Assembly (NCBI RefSeq): GCF_001194135.2
Contig: NC_068984.1
Coordinates: forward strand, 127,235,226-127,299,225
DNA: 64,000 nt
Direction of reading: 5' to 3'
Origin: Octopus bimaculoides
Taxonomy: Eukaryota
A program made the translations under genes and the position numbers. Below are positions 11,732 through 24,374 of this stretch, piece after piece; positions within the stretch are counted from its first letter, which is position 1; the number at the start of each line of letters is the position of its first letter. The notes under the pieces are model-generated. The model was not told the DNA's origin. It was given only the letters and a program-made list of their open reading frames with translations, and ran no database searches.

Positions 11732-13552
11732 GTTTACCTTTGTGAAGAGTTACGTCAATCCTTTTTAAAATATTATTATTATTATTATCATCATCATTAT
11801 TATTATTATACAAACTTAATGGAGCTGAGTAGTTGTACCTTTCACCAATTACTTAACATATATTGTCCTAAATACTCCTGGTGTACAAAACCAATTTATG
11901 GTCCTCTTCCGCTCCTTTTGACTGATAATAACCTATTTCACACAGTAACAAGCCTTGACAACAATCTATGTGTTTAGAATTGAACTAAAGAAATAGAAAT
12001 ATTGAGGTTCTATATTATATTAGTTCAACAAACTGATTCAAACCTCTCAAGTGTTGAGGTGACAAATTTTGCTTGTTTAATCATTACACATTCAGATTAC
12101 CCTGTCAAATTTAAGACTCATTAATTAACATCGTTTCGAATTAATCATGGATTATCTTCTAACTTTGAGATTTCAAGGATGTGACTGTATATCTTTAGAA
12201 TGACATTGTAGGGTGGATGTAAGAGGCCAGATTTTGACAGTTTAAACATAAAATAAGTAGAATATTTGGGTTGGGCTGGATATGGCCAGTTTAAATGCTA
12301 AAGAGTTAAATATTTAATCCATAATGACCTTCACTAATTTGCCTCTGAAAGCCAAGTCCATTACTACACCAACTGTAAAGTATTCTGTGAGACCCTTAAT
12401 GAAATGTGCAACTTTTCTAATTCCTAAAGAAGATTTCAGAACAATGAAATAAAAATCAAATATAGGAAATGTTTATCTTCATACTATTTACAGTTCTTTT
12501 CCATATACAATTAAGAACAACACATCAGACACTGAGTTATATAAAGCTTTCCTTTCATAAGTCCAGCTCCAACATTATCACAGAAGCCATCTGCTTGCCT
12601 TTTTCTCTCACATCCTTTCCAAAAGTTAATGTGGTGTAAACATTATGTGCTTATATAAATGGTAACACTATATTCGAGAAAGATACTTTTACCCTCATTA
12701 CATCCAATTTATGTTTGATAAAAACCTGAACATGCAAAATAAAGGATAACTAGGCGCAGTCCTAGGAATTTTTCAAAGGAAGGGCCCAAAGTTAGAAGGG
12801 AATACCGAAGTCAAACAACTGCATTTAGGCTCCCTTGGCTTTGTTTTATCAGCTTTCTGTTTTTAAATCAAATTCTCTCATACCTTAAGACATATACAGA
12901 TTCATTTCCTGCAACTCTGATAAAATCATTGCCAGTAAGACATAAAGGTTAAACTCATAAAATACGTTTTTTCTTACAAAACAGTTTTTATGCCTACTTA
13001 ATCTTTTGCCTATCCTGTGTGTTGCATGTGACACAAAAGACATCCTTCTCTGGCAACCACGTATCGTATATGATACACATTCTCAATTTTTTTCAACCAT
13101 CAGAGTAACTTGAAACTTATGAAAGGAAAGCTTTATATTAATCAGAACTTATGAAACAAGGGCTAACTAAATGTCTGTAAACAAACATGAACGTCTAGAA
13201 CAAATTTATGAAAGTATTTTGAACAGGCACAGGGTTAATATATGCAATTTCAAAGAGGTAGGGCATTGGTAAAAGTAGTAAAGCAATGACGGAAAGGTTC
13301 TGTGCTATTCAGTTAATCGCCTTTATTTTCTGAATTTGATTGTTGCTAAAATCAGCTTTGTTTTCATCCCTCTCAGTCAATGATAGAAGAATCAGTCAAA
13401 CATTGGAGTCAAAGTAAATCAACTGTTAACTATGTAAAACATATGTCCTTGTATTTTGCATTTGTATTTAGTTTGCAAGATTCTTGATGTGAAATCATGT
13501 ATTGAAACAGATTTTGTGGTATCTTGGGTGGGTCATTATGCCAAAACTAAAC

Positions 13553-13958
13553 TGCCGGTGACATGTAAAAAGCACCATTCGAGCGTGATCGTTGCCAGCG
13601 TCGCCTTACTGGCACATGTGCTGGTGGCACTTGAAAAACAAAATTCGAGTGTGGTCGTTGCCAGTGCCGCTGGACTGGCTCCCGTGCAGGTAGCACATAA
13701 AAACACCTTTTGAGCATGAGTGTGGTCGTTGCCATAACCGCCTGACTGGCCCTCGTGCTGGTGACATGTAAAAGCACCCACTACACTCTTGGAGTGGTTG
13801 GCATTAGGAAGGGCATCCAGCTGTAGAAACTCTGCCAGATCAGATTGGAGCCTGGTGCAGCCTTCTGACTCACCAGTCCTCAGTCAAACTGTCCGATCGA
13901 TGCCAGCATGGAAAGTGGATGTTAAACGACGACGACAACGATGATGATAATGATGATG
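13553..13958 (+). mobile_element. SINE-like element with about 60-bp internal tandem units, an RTE-type 3' tail and a (GAT)n end
   Basis: Three units beginning GAGTGTGGTCGTTGCC, tail GGCATTAGGAAGGGCATCCAGCTGTAGAAAC...GCCAGCATGGAAA...GATGATGAT. Minus-strand relatives at about 6812-7010, 26625-26900 and 32585-32760. Confidence 0.7.
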
Positions 13959-14213
13959 AATTGGTTAACTATGCGACCAATTAACTAATCAATTGTTTGA
14001 TTAATCATTTAGTCAGTCAATCAATCAGCTAGCTTTGTTGAAGTCCTTTTATCACCATTTGCAACCTCAGACCTGGGGTTAGAGAGAGTGTATCATTGAT
14101 GAGGACATGAATGGTGATGAAAGAACTTTGATAAACCTAGCTGATTGATTGACTGGACTGATCAATGATTAACATAGAATTGTTTAATTAATTGGTTAAA
14201 TGGTTAGCCAATT
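13959..14213. repeat. Imperfect fold-back element (about 100-bp arms, 50-nt loop)
   Basis: 13959-14059 is the approximate reverse complement of 14110-14213, e.g. CAGTCAATCAATCAGCTAG / CTAGCTGATTGATTGACTG. Confidence 0.75.
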
Positions 14214-14520
14214 AACTAATAATAATCCTTTCTACTATAGGAACAAAGCCTAAAATTCGGTGGGATGGAAGTAGTTGATTACATCAACCCCAGTGCTTAA
14301 TTGGTATTTGTTTCATTGATCCTGAAAGGATGAAAAGTGAAATCGACCTCAGTGAAATCTTAAACTCAGAACATAAAGACAGATGAAATACCACTAAACA
14401 TTTAGCAGGCTTACTACCTTCAATAGACTAATAATAATAATAAAAGAAGTTAAACAGAACCAGTGTGTGTTTGTTATTGGCGTAATGACCCTCCCAAAAT
14501 ACAACAAAGTATGGCCTTGT

Positions 14521-14902
14521 TGTTGGCACTCCTTCGCTTACGACGTCGAGGGTTCCAGTTGATCCGATCAACGGAACAGCCTGCTCGTTGAATTAACGTG
14601 CAAGTGGCTGAGCTCTCCACAGACACGTGTACCCTTAACGTAGTTCTCGGGGATATTCAGCGTGACACAGTGTGACAAAGCTGACCCTTTGAATTACAGG
14701 CACAACAGAAACAGGAAGTAAGAGTGAGAGAAAGTTGTGGTGAAAGAGTACAGCAGGGTTCGCTACCATCCCCTGCCGGAGCCTTGTGGAGTTTTAGGTG
14801 TTTTCGCTCAATAAACACTCACAACGCCCGGTCTGGGAATCGAAACCGCGATCCTATGACCGTGAGTCCGCTGCCCTAACCACTGGGCCAAAGCGCCTCC
14901 AC
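14521..14902 (-). mobile_element. tRNA-derived SINE, family D (CpG-retaining, young-looking)
   Basis: Minus-strand head with A-box TGGCCCAGTGG and B-box GGTTTCGATTCC. TSD ATGGCCTTGT / ATGACCTTGT (9/10). Confidence 0.8.
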
Positions 14903-15976
14903 ATGACCTTGTACTTAACTTAGAAATCAACATTTGTAACTTTGAAGAAGTTGTCATGAACAAGATGGCCACTGTAGTGAATAATTCAAATGATTAAATA
15001 TCAATTATGTTATCAGTTGTTATTGCAAAGGATTAACGTATAACTTGTGTTCCATGTGTGTTAAGCTGGACTCAACCCGAACATCATTACTTAAGACGTA
15101 GCCAGAGAAGAAAACCCTGAGATAAACTTCAATCCAGTTCAGATCCTTAAGATTCTCTTTGTTCTCCTGCTATTGTTCCTACAAAAATAATTAAGCAATA
15201 TTGATTATTTTACTGTTGCATTTATAAACTATTTTCACAAGCTTCCATTTATTTTAATAACTTTATTAAAAGTCATTATCTCTGATTTACTGCCAGGGGA
15301 AATCCTTGACCAGCTTCTTAATTCCCTGCCTTCTTGTTCATTCCATCTTAATTATTTTTTCTTGTTTTTTTATCTAATACTTGTTTTGATATTTCTTTTA
15401 TTATTTGCCAAGTCTTTCAGTTAATTGAAATTGGTTCTATTTTAGAGTTGTTTACCACTTAGTTGTTTAGAATTATCTTCCTAATTATACCCAAATATAA
15501 ATCAGTTATTTCTACTTATTGATGGGACAATGAAGCTCTTTTATCTCTGACTCATGTAATCAGCATTTTTTTTTTTATCATTTTGAACTAGTTTTCAGAA
15601 CTGAACTTTCATTCAGAAAGTAGTATGTATATATATATAAACATACTACTTTCTCAATTAAGTTATATATATATCTATATATANNNNNNNNNNNNNNNNN
15701 NNNNNNNNNNNNNNNNNNNNNNNNNNNNNNNNNNNNNNNNNNNNNNNNNNNNNNNNNNNNNNNNNNNNNNNNNNNNNNNNNNNNNNNNNNNNNNNNNNNN
15801 NNNNNNNNNNNNNNNNNNNNNNNNNNNNNNNNNNNNNNNNNNNNNNNNNNNNNNNNNNNNNNNNNNNNNNNNNNNNNNNNNNNNNNNNNNNNNNNNNNNN
15901 NNNNNNNNNNNNNNNNNNNNNNNNNNNNNNNNNNNNNNNNNNNNNNNNNNNNNNNNNNNNNATCAAAATATTTTGA

Positions 15977-16051
15977 TTGCCTCAATAACTGAAGAGATGC
16001 CAGTGAAGGTTTCCGCCCAGACATCCGAAACTTGGAGTTTTATTATGGCAA
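15977..16051 (+). ncRNA. Type I hammerhead ribozyme motif inside a short Penelope-type repeat
   Basis: Core CTGAAGA (15989-15995) and GAAAC (16027-16031). Stem II GATGcC/GaCATC; minimal stem III AC-TTGGA-GT; cleavage triplet GTT (16037-16039); stem I TTGCC-tc-AATAA / TTATT-at-GGCAA. Confidence 0.65.
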
Positions 16052-17849
16052 CCGAATAATTGTCACATATTATATTACAGATAAATTCCTCTATTTACAT
16101 ATTATTGAGGTCTCTTTCATTCTTTTGTTGTCTTACCATTACTATTAATATATATATATATATATACATATATATTTATATTGTCAGTAAATCATAGATC
16201 TGAAAGAGAAGCACACTCTAAGATGTAGAGCAGTAGAATATTTAGAGAAAGATAGTTATGGCCGGTTCATCGGGTTACCAGGGTTTTGCATCCATAAAGC
16301 ACTTAGTTTTACATGTTTCTTCAGACTCTAATGGCCATTAGCCTATAACCTCTCTTCAAAATGGAGGTAGAAAAGGCCTTGTGGTTAGTTTTTGAACATA
16401 TAAAGAAGAAAGGTCAAGTGCAAGGGATTGTCTCCCTTTGACCACTATCTGGAATCCACCCAGTCAGCTTGCAGGTCTCGGGATCTCACTAGGGATTGCC
16501 TGAAGTGTAAGCAGGGTCCAAAGATTTCCGTCCTGGAATCTAAGATGTTCCATGGCTCAAGGGAGATCTTTATCCTTGCCCATTCTAGTGCACTTGACTT
16601 TCATGATGTCCATGTCACATCGTACACCCTTTACATTGATCACAGAACATTGAGCCAGTAATCATGAGTCTGGCATTTTGACACTTGGCATGAATCATCA
16701 TGACACTGGTAACTCTTTCTCAATATTCAGATGGCTTCCAGTCCTCCATGTCAGCTTAGTTTTTCTCAATCACAGCTTTCATCTCTATGCTCTCTAACAC
16801 TGTCGACTGTTCACCAATACATCAAGTTGTTCTTAAAAAGAGAAACATGAAAAATCATCAAATTTAACTAGAACACCCAATGTGCATATATATTTATACA
16901 TATGTATGTGTGTGTGTGTGTGTGTGTCTGTATGTGTGTGTCTGTAAGTATGTATAAAATTAGCTGCATTTCTTTCACATTTGTCATAGTTTTTTGCAAT
17001 GGACTGACAGGCTTAGATTTCATTTCATATCATTATGAAAATGTCATCACTATTACACTAGCCATTATCTCAGGGCTTGTGTAGAAATATCAAATTATTA
17101 GTATCTAAATTGTTGACAGAAAACTGAAGTGTTTTATTTTGAATTCTAAATACTAGCAAAAACACTGTCATCTGGGTGGTTTTCTGCTACTGTATGTTAT
17201 GTTTGCTTGTAGTAAACTTGAAATGAAAAATTTCAAAGTGATTATGATATGATTAATATATGTAGTATAAAAGTTTTCACTGATATTCTTAAAGTATCCC
17301 TAAAATGTTGTTAACGCCTATCTCTAACAAAAACAATTGAATGAAAGTGGTAGAGAGAAAGAGAGAGATAGCATGACTAGGAACAAAGTAAATGTAACAA
17401 AGTGTTCTGGGGAACGATGAAAGGTATTAAATGAAATAAAAAGGGAAGGGGTACAGTGAGAGGGGAAAAGACTAAGACCAAAGGGAGCAAGATGTTGAAA
17501 AAGCAGAAAAATAAGAGTGAGAGAGAAAAGGTTATGGTGACATAGAAGTAGAAAGACTAACAGGAATAGAAGCAGTAAATAAAGAAGAGATGGAAAGAGA
17601 GAGTAAGAGAGAAAGGGAGTGAGCATTGCAAGGAAACAATAGAAGAAAGGGGATACAAGTGTAAGATGTAAAAAAATTTTGTCGCAATGAAAAAAATTTA
17701 GTTTTCTGATTAATGTGTAGTTGAAATCTTCATTAAAAAAAAAGAAACTTGGAAACCACATTTTAATAAAAATATATCAAGGGTGGAATTTATAAAAATT
17801 TTCTAGGCAGTAAAGAAGTTCATGGGGATTCAGCATATGNNNNNNNNNN

Positions 17850-18610
17850 GGGGTTGCAAGGAAGATTCACAAATCTTGACTTTGCTGATGTTGTGGTACC
17901 ACTTAGTACCACATCTATGGTAATTTAAGACATATCTCAACATTAGCAACTCAGAGATTGTTTTGTTTTTTTTTGTTTGTTTTTTTCTTTTGCATTAGCA
18001 ATGTAAAGACAAAAGTGATGATTATTGGTGAGACACAGCAGCAAGTCCAGCTGGAAGATCATCAATTCTCTCCTGTCTTTGGCTAGTAATATTACTACTA
18101 TTAGAAACTCAGAAGATGATATGGAAAAGAGACTCAACAAAACTGTAGCTATCTTCTTCCACCATCTGAAGCCTGTATGATCCAATTCCTCCATCAATCA
18201 AGGCACCAAACCTTTCTTGTGTACATCCTTTATCATGCTAATGACAACTTGAGCCTGCAGTATGTGGAAAAAGACCAGCACAATCTGTAGAACTGAAGAG
18301 GTGTTTTCCATGAACATTGCCTCAGGACCACATCACAAATGGAGTAGTAATGGAAAGGACCAGGTAATCTATGTGATACCATCACTGTGAGATGATAGGA
18401 AGTGCTTGGTCCCATGTTACACATACTCATGAAGTAACCAGTGAGAGCTTCTTTTGAGTGGAAACTAGTGCATGGTGGGAGAGGGGGAGGAGACATGGCA
18501 GACTTATCAAGGTTTGGTTGAAGACTGTGGAGAAGTGCCTGGTCTGAGAGTAGGTCCATAACCAAGTTTGCCATCATGCTAGGTGGAGATCTCTTGTCAC
18601 CTGATGCTCT
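17850..18610 (+). mobile_element. Decayed RTE-clade LINE reverse transcriptase fragment
   Basis: Translated pieces FTNLDFADVV (YADD-like motif), KTKVMIIG, and a C-terminal EWKLVHG...WLKTV, all broken by stops and frameshifts. Confidence 0.55.
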
Positions 18611-19084
18611 GAGGGGAGTGGGGAGAACTAAAACTAAATCTGAAAAAAAATGATTTCTAATATTTCAGAATGTTTCATTACAAATGAGTTAACATTTGGA
18701 ATGCCATGAAAAATGTTAATGTGTTTTTAATTCTGGTTTGTTTTTTCACATTTCAACTTTTATTTACTGGTCACTACTGACCTCTACCAGCTTCTCTTTT
18801 TTCTCTTCTTACTATTTTCTTATTTCTATTCTCTCAAGCCTCAATTGTGAGAGCCTCTCTATGGTCATTTAATCTGCTAGAAATAGCTACTAAATCTCCT
18901 TCTAATCACTTTATCCTATGTTAAAGACAAACCAAAAAAAAATGAATGTCTTACATTTATGTTTGAAAATAAAACCACAATGATAACATATGGAATATTT
19001 TAAATCTTAGGTTTGCTCCGTCAGACAACAACTTCTTCACATTTTTTTCCTGCTTTTCTGAGTAGTTTTATGCTTGAACTTTAA

Positions 19085-19304
19085 CCCTTTAGTATTTAAA
19101 CTGGTCATATCTGGCCAAAACATTCCACCTGTTTTATGTTAAAACCAGATAAATCCGACCTCTCACACTTACTCTACAATGTCATTCTAAAAATAACCAA
19201 TCACATCACTGAAATCTCAAAGCTAAGAGATAATGCATGACTAAATCAAATCTGTGTAAATAAATAAGCATTACATTTGACAGAGAAATCTGAATGTTAA
19301 AGGG
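19085..19304. mobile_element. About 220-bp TTAA-flanked MITE (piggyBac-like ends)
   Basis: TTAA|CCCTTT...AAAGGG|TTAA. Related copies at about 12090-12310, 23767-23960, 40753-40975 and 41250-41435. Confidence 0.7.
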
Positions 19305-19380
19305 TTAAATCCTAAATTTTTTAATGTTTGCTTTTGTTTTTAGTTTCAATATAATGTTCTTCTTTCTAACTTATCTTTAG

Positions 19381-19512
19381 GTTCTGAGAGCAGTGTCCCC
19401 TCGGTTTGGAAAGTTAGCTGCTGAAGAGGCAAAGCGTAAAGGAGAGCTACGTTACATGCACTCCAGGGTGATCAGTAATGCTGAGGAGATAGCTTTCTAT
19501 GGTGGCCATAAT
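19381..19512 (+). CDS. ABCD1/ABCD2: ABCD1/2-like exon 2 ([11 protein letters not shown]...[10 protein letters not shown]), contains the EAA motif
   Basis: Acceptor TCTTTAG|, 132 nt in phase 0, donor |GTAAGT. Confidence 0.95.
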
Positions 19513-19550
19513 GTAAGTATAACATACCTGTGACTATCAAACTTTTATGT

Positions 19551-19958
19551 TACTCTCTTTACTCTTTTACTTGTTTCAGTCATTTGACTGTGGCCATGCT
19601 GGAGCACCGCCTTTAGTCGAGCAAATGAACCCCAGGACTTATTCTTTGTAAGCCTAGTACTTATTCTATCGGTCTCTTTTTGCCGAGCCACTAAGTTACG
19701 GGGACGTAAACACACCAGCATCGGTTGTCAAGCGATGCTGGGGAGACAAACACAGACACACATACATACATACATATGTATATATACATATACATGATGG
19801 GCTTCTTTCAGTTTTTGTCTACCAAATCCACTCACAAGGCTTTGGTCGGCCCGAGGCTATAGTAGAAGACACTTGCCAAAGGTGCCACGCAGTGGGACTG
19901 AATCCGGAACCATGTGGTTGGTAAGCAAGCTACTTACCACACAGCCACTCCTACGCCT
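19551..19958 (-). mobile_element. Full-length tRNA-derived SINE, family A
   Basis: Reverse complement of the 28506 copy, short TSD ATGTTA, 38 nt downstream of the exon 2 donor. Confidence 0.9.
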
Positions 19959-22900
19959 ATGTTATTGAAAATACAAACAAATATCTTGTCTAGCCTCCTC
20001 GTGTGACTACTAAGGGTTGTTGTTTAACTTTGGTTTGATGGCTTTAAAAGGATGTAGAATGAAGATGACTGAGTAGTTAAGATTACCTCTCCATTGGTAA
20101 TAAGTTCAAATCTGCTGCAAGTGGTTTGAGCCGAGTACTTAATTCTGCATTGCTTCAGATTGTTCAGTTGTTAGGAATGTTACTTGCAATGAACTAGCAT
20201 CAAACTAGGGAGAAATTTATCTCATCTGCTCCACACAAATGTTTCAAACATCACCTCTTAAAAGCCTCCTTGGGGACTTAGAAGACATTTACATTAAGAA
20301 GATAAGAGGTAACTCTTTGCTTAGGTGTCAGTATCTCCCAGATAACATTTCCTGATGATCTTGTAATTTTTGCTTTCATGGTTTTTGGTTGGAAGGAATG
20401 GTTTGTAACCATGGCCTTTGTGGGCTTTCCAAAACCAGTGAGATTGATGTGAGTGATGTACTTCTTGAAGAAGTGCTGAAAAAAATATGACATAAGGATG
20501 GATCTCCAGAAGGTTGATTTTCTGGAAAGATTGAGAATAATGGTTGGTGTAGAGCCTGGAGTTGGGGAGTGAACACTGTATGGAGGAAGAGAGGAGGAAA
20601 GATAAGTGGGTCTGAGTGGATATAGCACAAGAACAGCCAGCTCTGAGACAGATGAAATAACTAGAAAAGGTAAAGTGAACAGAGAGTACATCTGTGAAAC
20701 AATGATTGGAGTATGTTGGTGAGATGGCGAGTAACTCCATGCCGATCATTTGGGTAACCATTTGGGGGATTTGATCAAGCTGTGTGTACATATAGCAGCA
20801 GCACTGTCCCTGATAAACAGTATTCCAGTGTGGGTTTCACTTGATGGTGAAAATAGACAAAATCATTTTGAATTAAACGACTAAGCACAGAGGGTTTGAA
20901 CTTGAGACCTATAGACTCAAAGCTTAGTGTTATATCCACTTAGCTGTTTCCTTTGTACTGTTCCTCTATTTCTAAATACTGTATCAGTATCTACAACATT
21001 GATATAAATATATTTATGACATTATTGACTATAAAATAGACTAAACATGCTTCATATCACTATTTTGGCACACTATGACAAATTGACCTCAGACCAAAGT
21101 TCATATATGATCCAGGTGTACTTGAGTATGACTGATATAAATGGGGTATATTTCAGAGTGGCTGCTCTAACCTAAGTGTACTGCAGTATGGACAGTATGC
21201 AGACATAAGAGCACTGAATTTTGACTGGAACAATCCAGGTGTGCATCTGTGTGACTCCTGTGACCTCTGTGTATTGCAGTGTAACTTGTATGACTTACAT
21301 GTACTGCAGTGTGGCTTTTGTAACTTATGTCTGCTTGTTATGTGACAGCTGCTGCAGTACAACTTAGATATTTTGCACTATGACCTAAGTATACGGCAAT
21401 GAGATGTGGTTATGATTTAAGTAAAATGATAATAAGCAGCGGTACATAATTATTCTGATTTATGGTAGGTATAATATTTTCCATTTAAGTGTTTCAACAA
21501 ATTTCCTCACCATAGAAAGATCTCATATTTTGTTGCTATTTTATAACAACTCTACATCTAGGCCCCATTATCATTCTTTCATCCATTTATTTTGACCATC
21601 TGAAAATGGTTCAATAGTAATTAAAAGACAGTAACTATCATACAATAACTAAACTACAGTAACTATCAGATAGTAACTGATGTATTTCCAGTTCATCTAC
21701 TGCAAATCTTATTTAATGAAAAAGTTTTTCTCTCCCTTATTTATTATGGCTCTTGTGTTTCATTTCATCAGGTATGTAGGGGACTATATTGTCTTGTTTA
21801 AGGTAAGTTTTTAGTTTGCTGTATTTCTTAGATATTGCTAGAATTCGCCTTGCTCTGTTCTATTGACTCCATTCTGCAGTGACAGTTTGATGGTACCTAC
21901 TCCATACTGTTGTATTAACCCTTTCCCTTGCAATATAGTTCTATTTCATTACAATCACCAAACTTATTAAGCTATAGAAATGTCTCCATTTTCTTCTGTT
22001 GGTCCATCCCTAGAGAGAGGGCCTTGGTACTTGTAAACATTTTAGCTGACAACTTCAATACAGTATTTACCCTTGCACTTACCTGCCTGCCTCACTACTT
22101 CAGTTACATTCAGTCTTTTCAATCTCATTTGATTTTGTTTATTTTATTTGCAGTTAGATTTTATTATTATTATTTTGTATCAGAATTCTCATAGAACATA
22201 GACAAGTGAGATGTTTAGCTATAATATTCAGTCTTAGTGTCAAAACATAAGATCTGTTGTAAAATGGTAAGTATTGCTCTTGCTCTTCCAGTATTCTGTT
22301 GTTTTTTTCAGTAAAATATTTATTCCAAATTTTTGTTGTTGTATATTCCCAAGTTAGCCTTGATCCAGCAACTCTGTGATCAAAACCCTTACAGCCCTTA
22401 CTTTCCTCTCTTTCTTACAGATATAATAATGACAGTCTTTTTACATTTCTGAAGATCATGAGGAAGTACAGCATGCCCTTGAATTTCTATGTAAACTGAT
22501 CCTTGACGATGTGGAGATTATCTTCCTCCCTGCATTTAGTAGTTTCAAAGTGACAATCAATCTATGGAGTTTGACCCCATTCTTTAGACTTGGAGTTCTG
22601 ACCACAGTGGCTCAGCTGGCTAAGATGGCCTTGGTGACCAGCAAGCTGTAGGTTTTACATTGGAGTGGACTTCTCCTAGATGAATTGCGCTAGAAGGCTG
22701 AGAAGCTCCATCTACCCTGGAGTTGCCAGAAGGGTGTCAAGGAGGATACCAGGCTCCCTAAGGAACTCTACTCATTGATTTGCAGTCAGGGTTGACTCCC
22801 CTTGCCTTTTCCTTTCCGAAGGCACTCTCAAAGCAGTGAGGGTTTGTGCTTGGAGTTTCTTCCATAATTTGCTAATTAACCTGTAGCTGAGATCCTGACA

Positions 22901-24019
22901 AGTGCTACTATTCCAGCTCAGAGTAGAAGTGGGAACAATGCTGGCTAAGAAGTGGTCCTACACTCAGAAACCTGGAATTCTTGAAGCAGGGCATCACTAC
23001 TGGGTGCAGTTTCAAGTCATATCTAGAACAATCTTTGCAGATATAGTGTACCTGGAACAACATCCTCCAATGTGTACGGTTTTTTTAATTGGTGATAAGG
23101 TGTAATTTGAAAGATATTTAGCTATTGTATCTTAAAATTTGAGTGATCTTATTCAGGATTCCCCATATCTATTTATTTCTAGTTGTTTCAATTGAATGGA
23201 ACTTGTAACCTAATAAAACATAAGTGGGACACTCCTAAATTAATCAACCACAACTAAATCACCTTGTTACACAAATTCATCTTCCATAGCCTTTTTTCTG
23301 CCGTCTCTCTATTTAAATACACAGCTTTTGTTTCAAATGATTTTTGAGCGTAATGGAGCATTTAGTAAAATGACTGTTGTTATTAAGCTGGTGTTCGGAA
23401 CATAAATTAACATGAAAGTTTGATGGATTGATTTGACCCTTTTGTTACCATATTTCTATTGAAATGCACATCCTTTGTTTCAATTAATTCAGAAGATAAC
23501 TTTGGAACATAAATTAACATAAAATTTTGATGAAAGGTTTTCATTGAGATCACTGTAAATAAGGTAGTTTTTTTTACCATAGGATGAGGGACAGTCTCAG
23601 GTTGGTTGATAGCAAAAGAGTTAATTTAGATCTCTTCAAACAGGCAGTTTTTATCATAGGACCAGAGGCAGTTTCAGGTGGGTTGGTATCAAAAGAGTTA
23701 AGGCACCATTACACTCTTATCTATCTCTGATTATCATACTTTTTTTATGGTTTGGTCAAAACTTCAACCCTTTAGAATTTAAACTAACCATGTCTGGCCA
23801 AAATATTTAACCTGCTTTATGATCAAACTGGCCAAATCTTTTCCTTCACATCTACCCAACTATGTCATTTTAAATATGAACAATCACATCATCAAACACT
23901 TTACACGATGTGATAACACATGATAACACAGTGTGAATAAATAAGCATCACATTTAACAGAAAGGTTACAGGAACCACCTCTCTATTTCAGTAATGCCAG
24001 AAGTAGGGTTCTTCTGTCT

Positions 24020-24374
24020 CCTTTAATGTAGACAGTGTCCTTGTAATGTATATAGTATCTCTGTAGCCCAGATATTGTAGATAGTGTCCCTGTTCTTCCT
24101 ATTAAATATGTAGTGTACCCATGTCCCATATAATTTATACAATGTTATAATCTAGATAGTGTTTCTCAATCCTATATAGTGTAGACTGCCTCAAATATCT
24201 CTTATAATGTAGACAATGTCCCTGTATCCTTTATAATGTAGACAGTGTTCCTGTGTCCAATATAATATAGACTGTCCCTGAATTACAATGTGTAGATAGT
24301 GTCTCTATCTCATGTAGTGTAGACTGTTCCTGTATTGCTAAAAATGTCAAGTGTCTGTTGTCCCCTATTATGTA
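24020..24374. repeat. Degenerate minisatellite of about 28-30 bp (TATAATGTAGAYAGTGTCCCTG-like); resumes at 25220-25320
   Basis: Recurrent TAATGTAGACAGTGTC / TAGATAGTGTC units. Confidence 0.7.

Noticed and set aside
13575-13775. CRISPR-like array (repeated GAGTGTGGTCGTTGCC); likewise the 25-bp repeat at 25846
   Set aside because: The intervening sequences are themselves homologous or absent, so these are tandem repeats in eukaryotic SINE context with no cas genes
14521-14902. tRNA genes at SINE heads (A-box and B-box present)
   Set aside because: They have no complete cloverleaf or acceptor stem and are followed by SINE bodies and tails with TSDs
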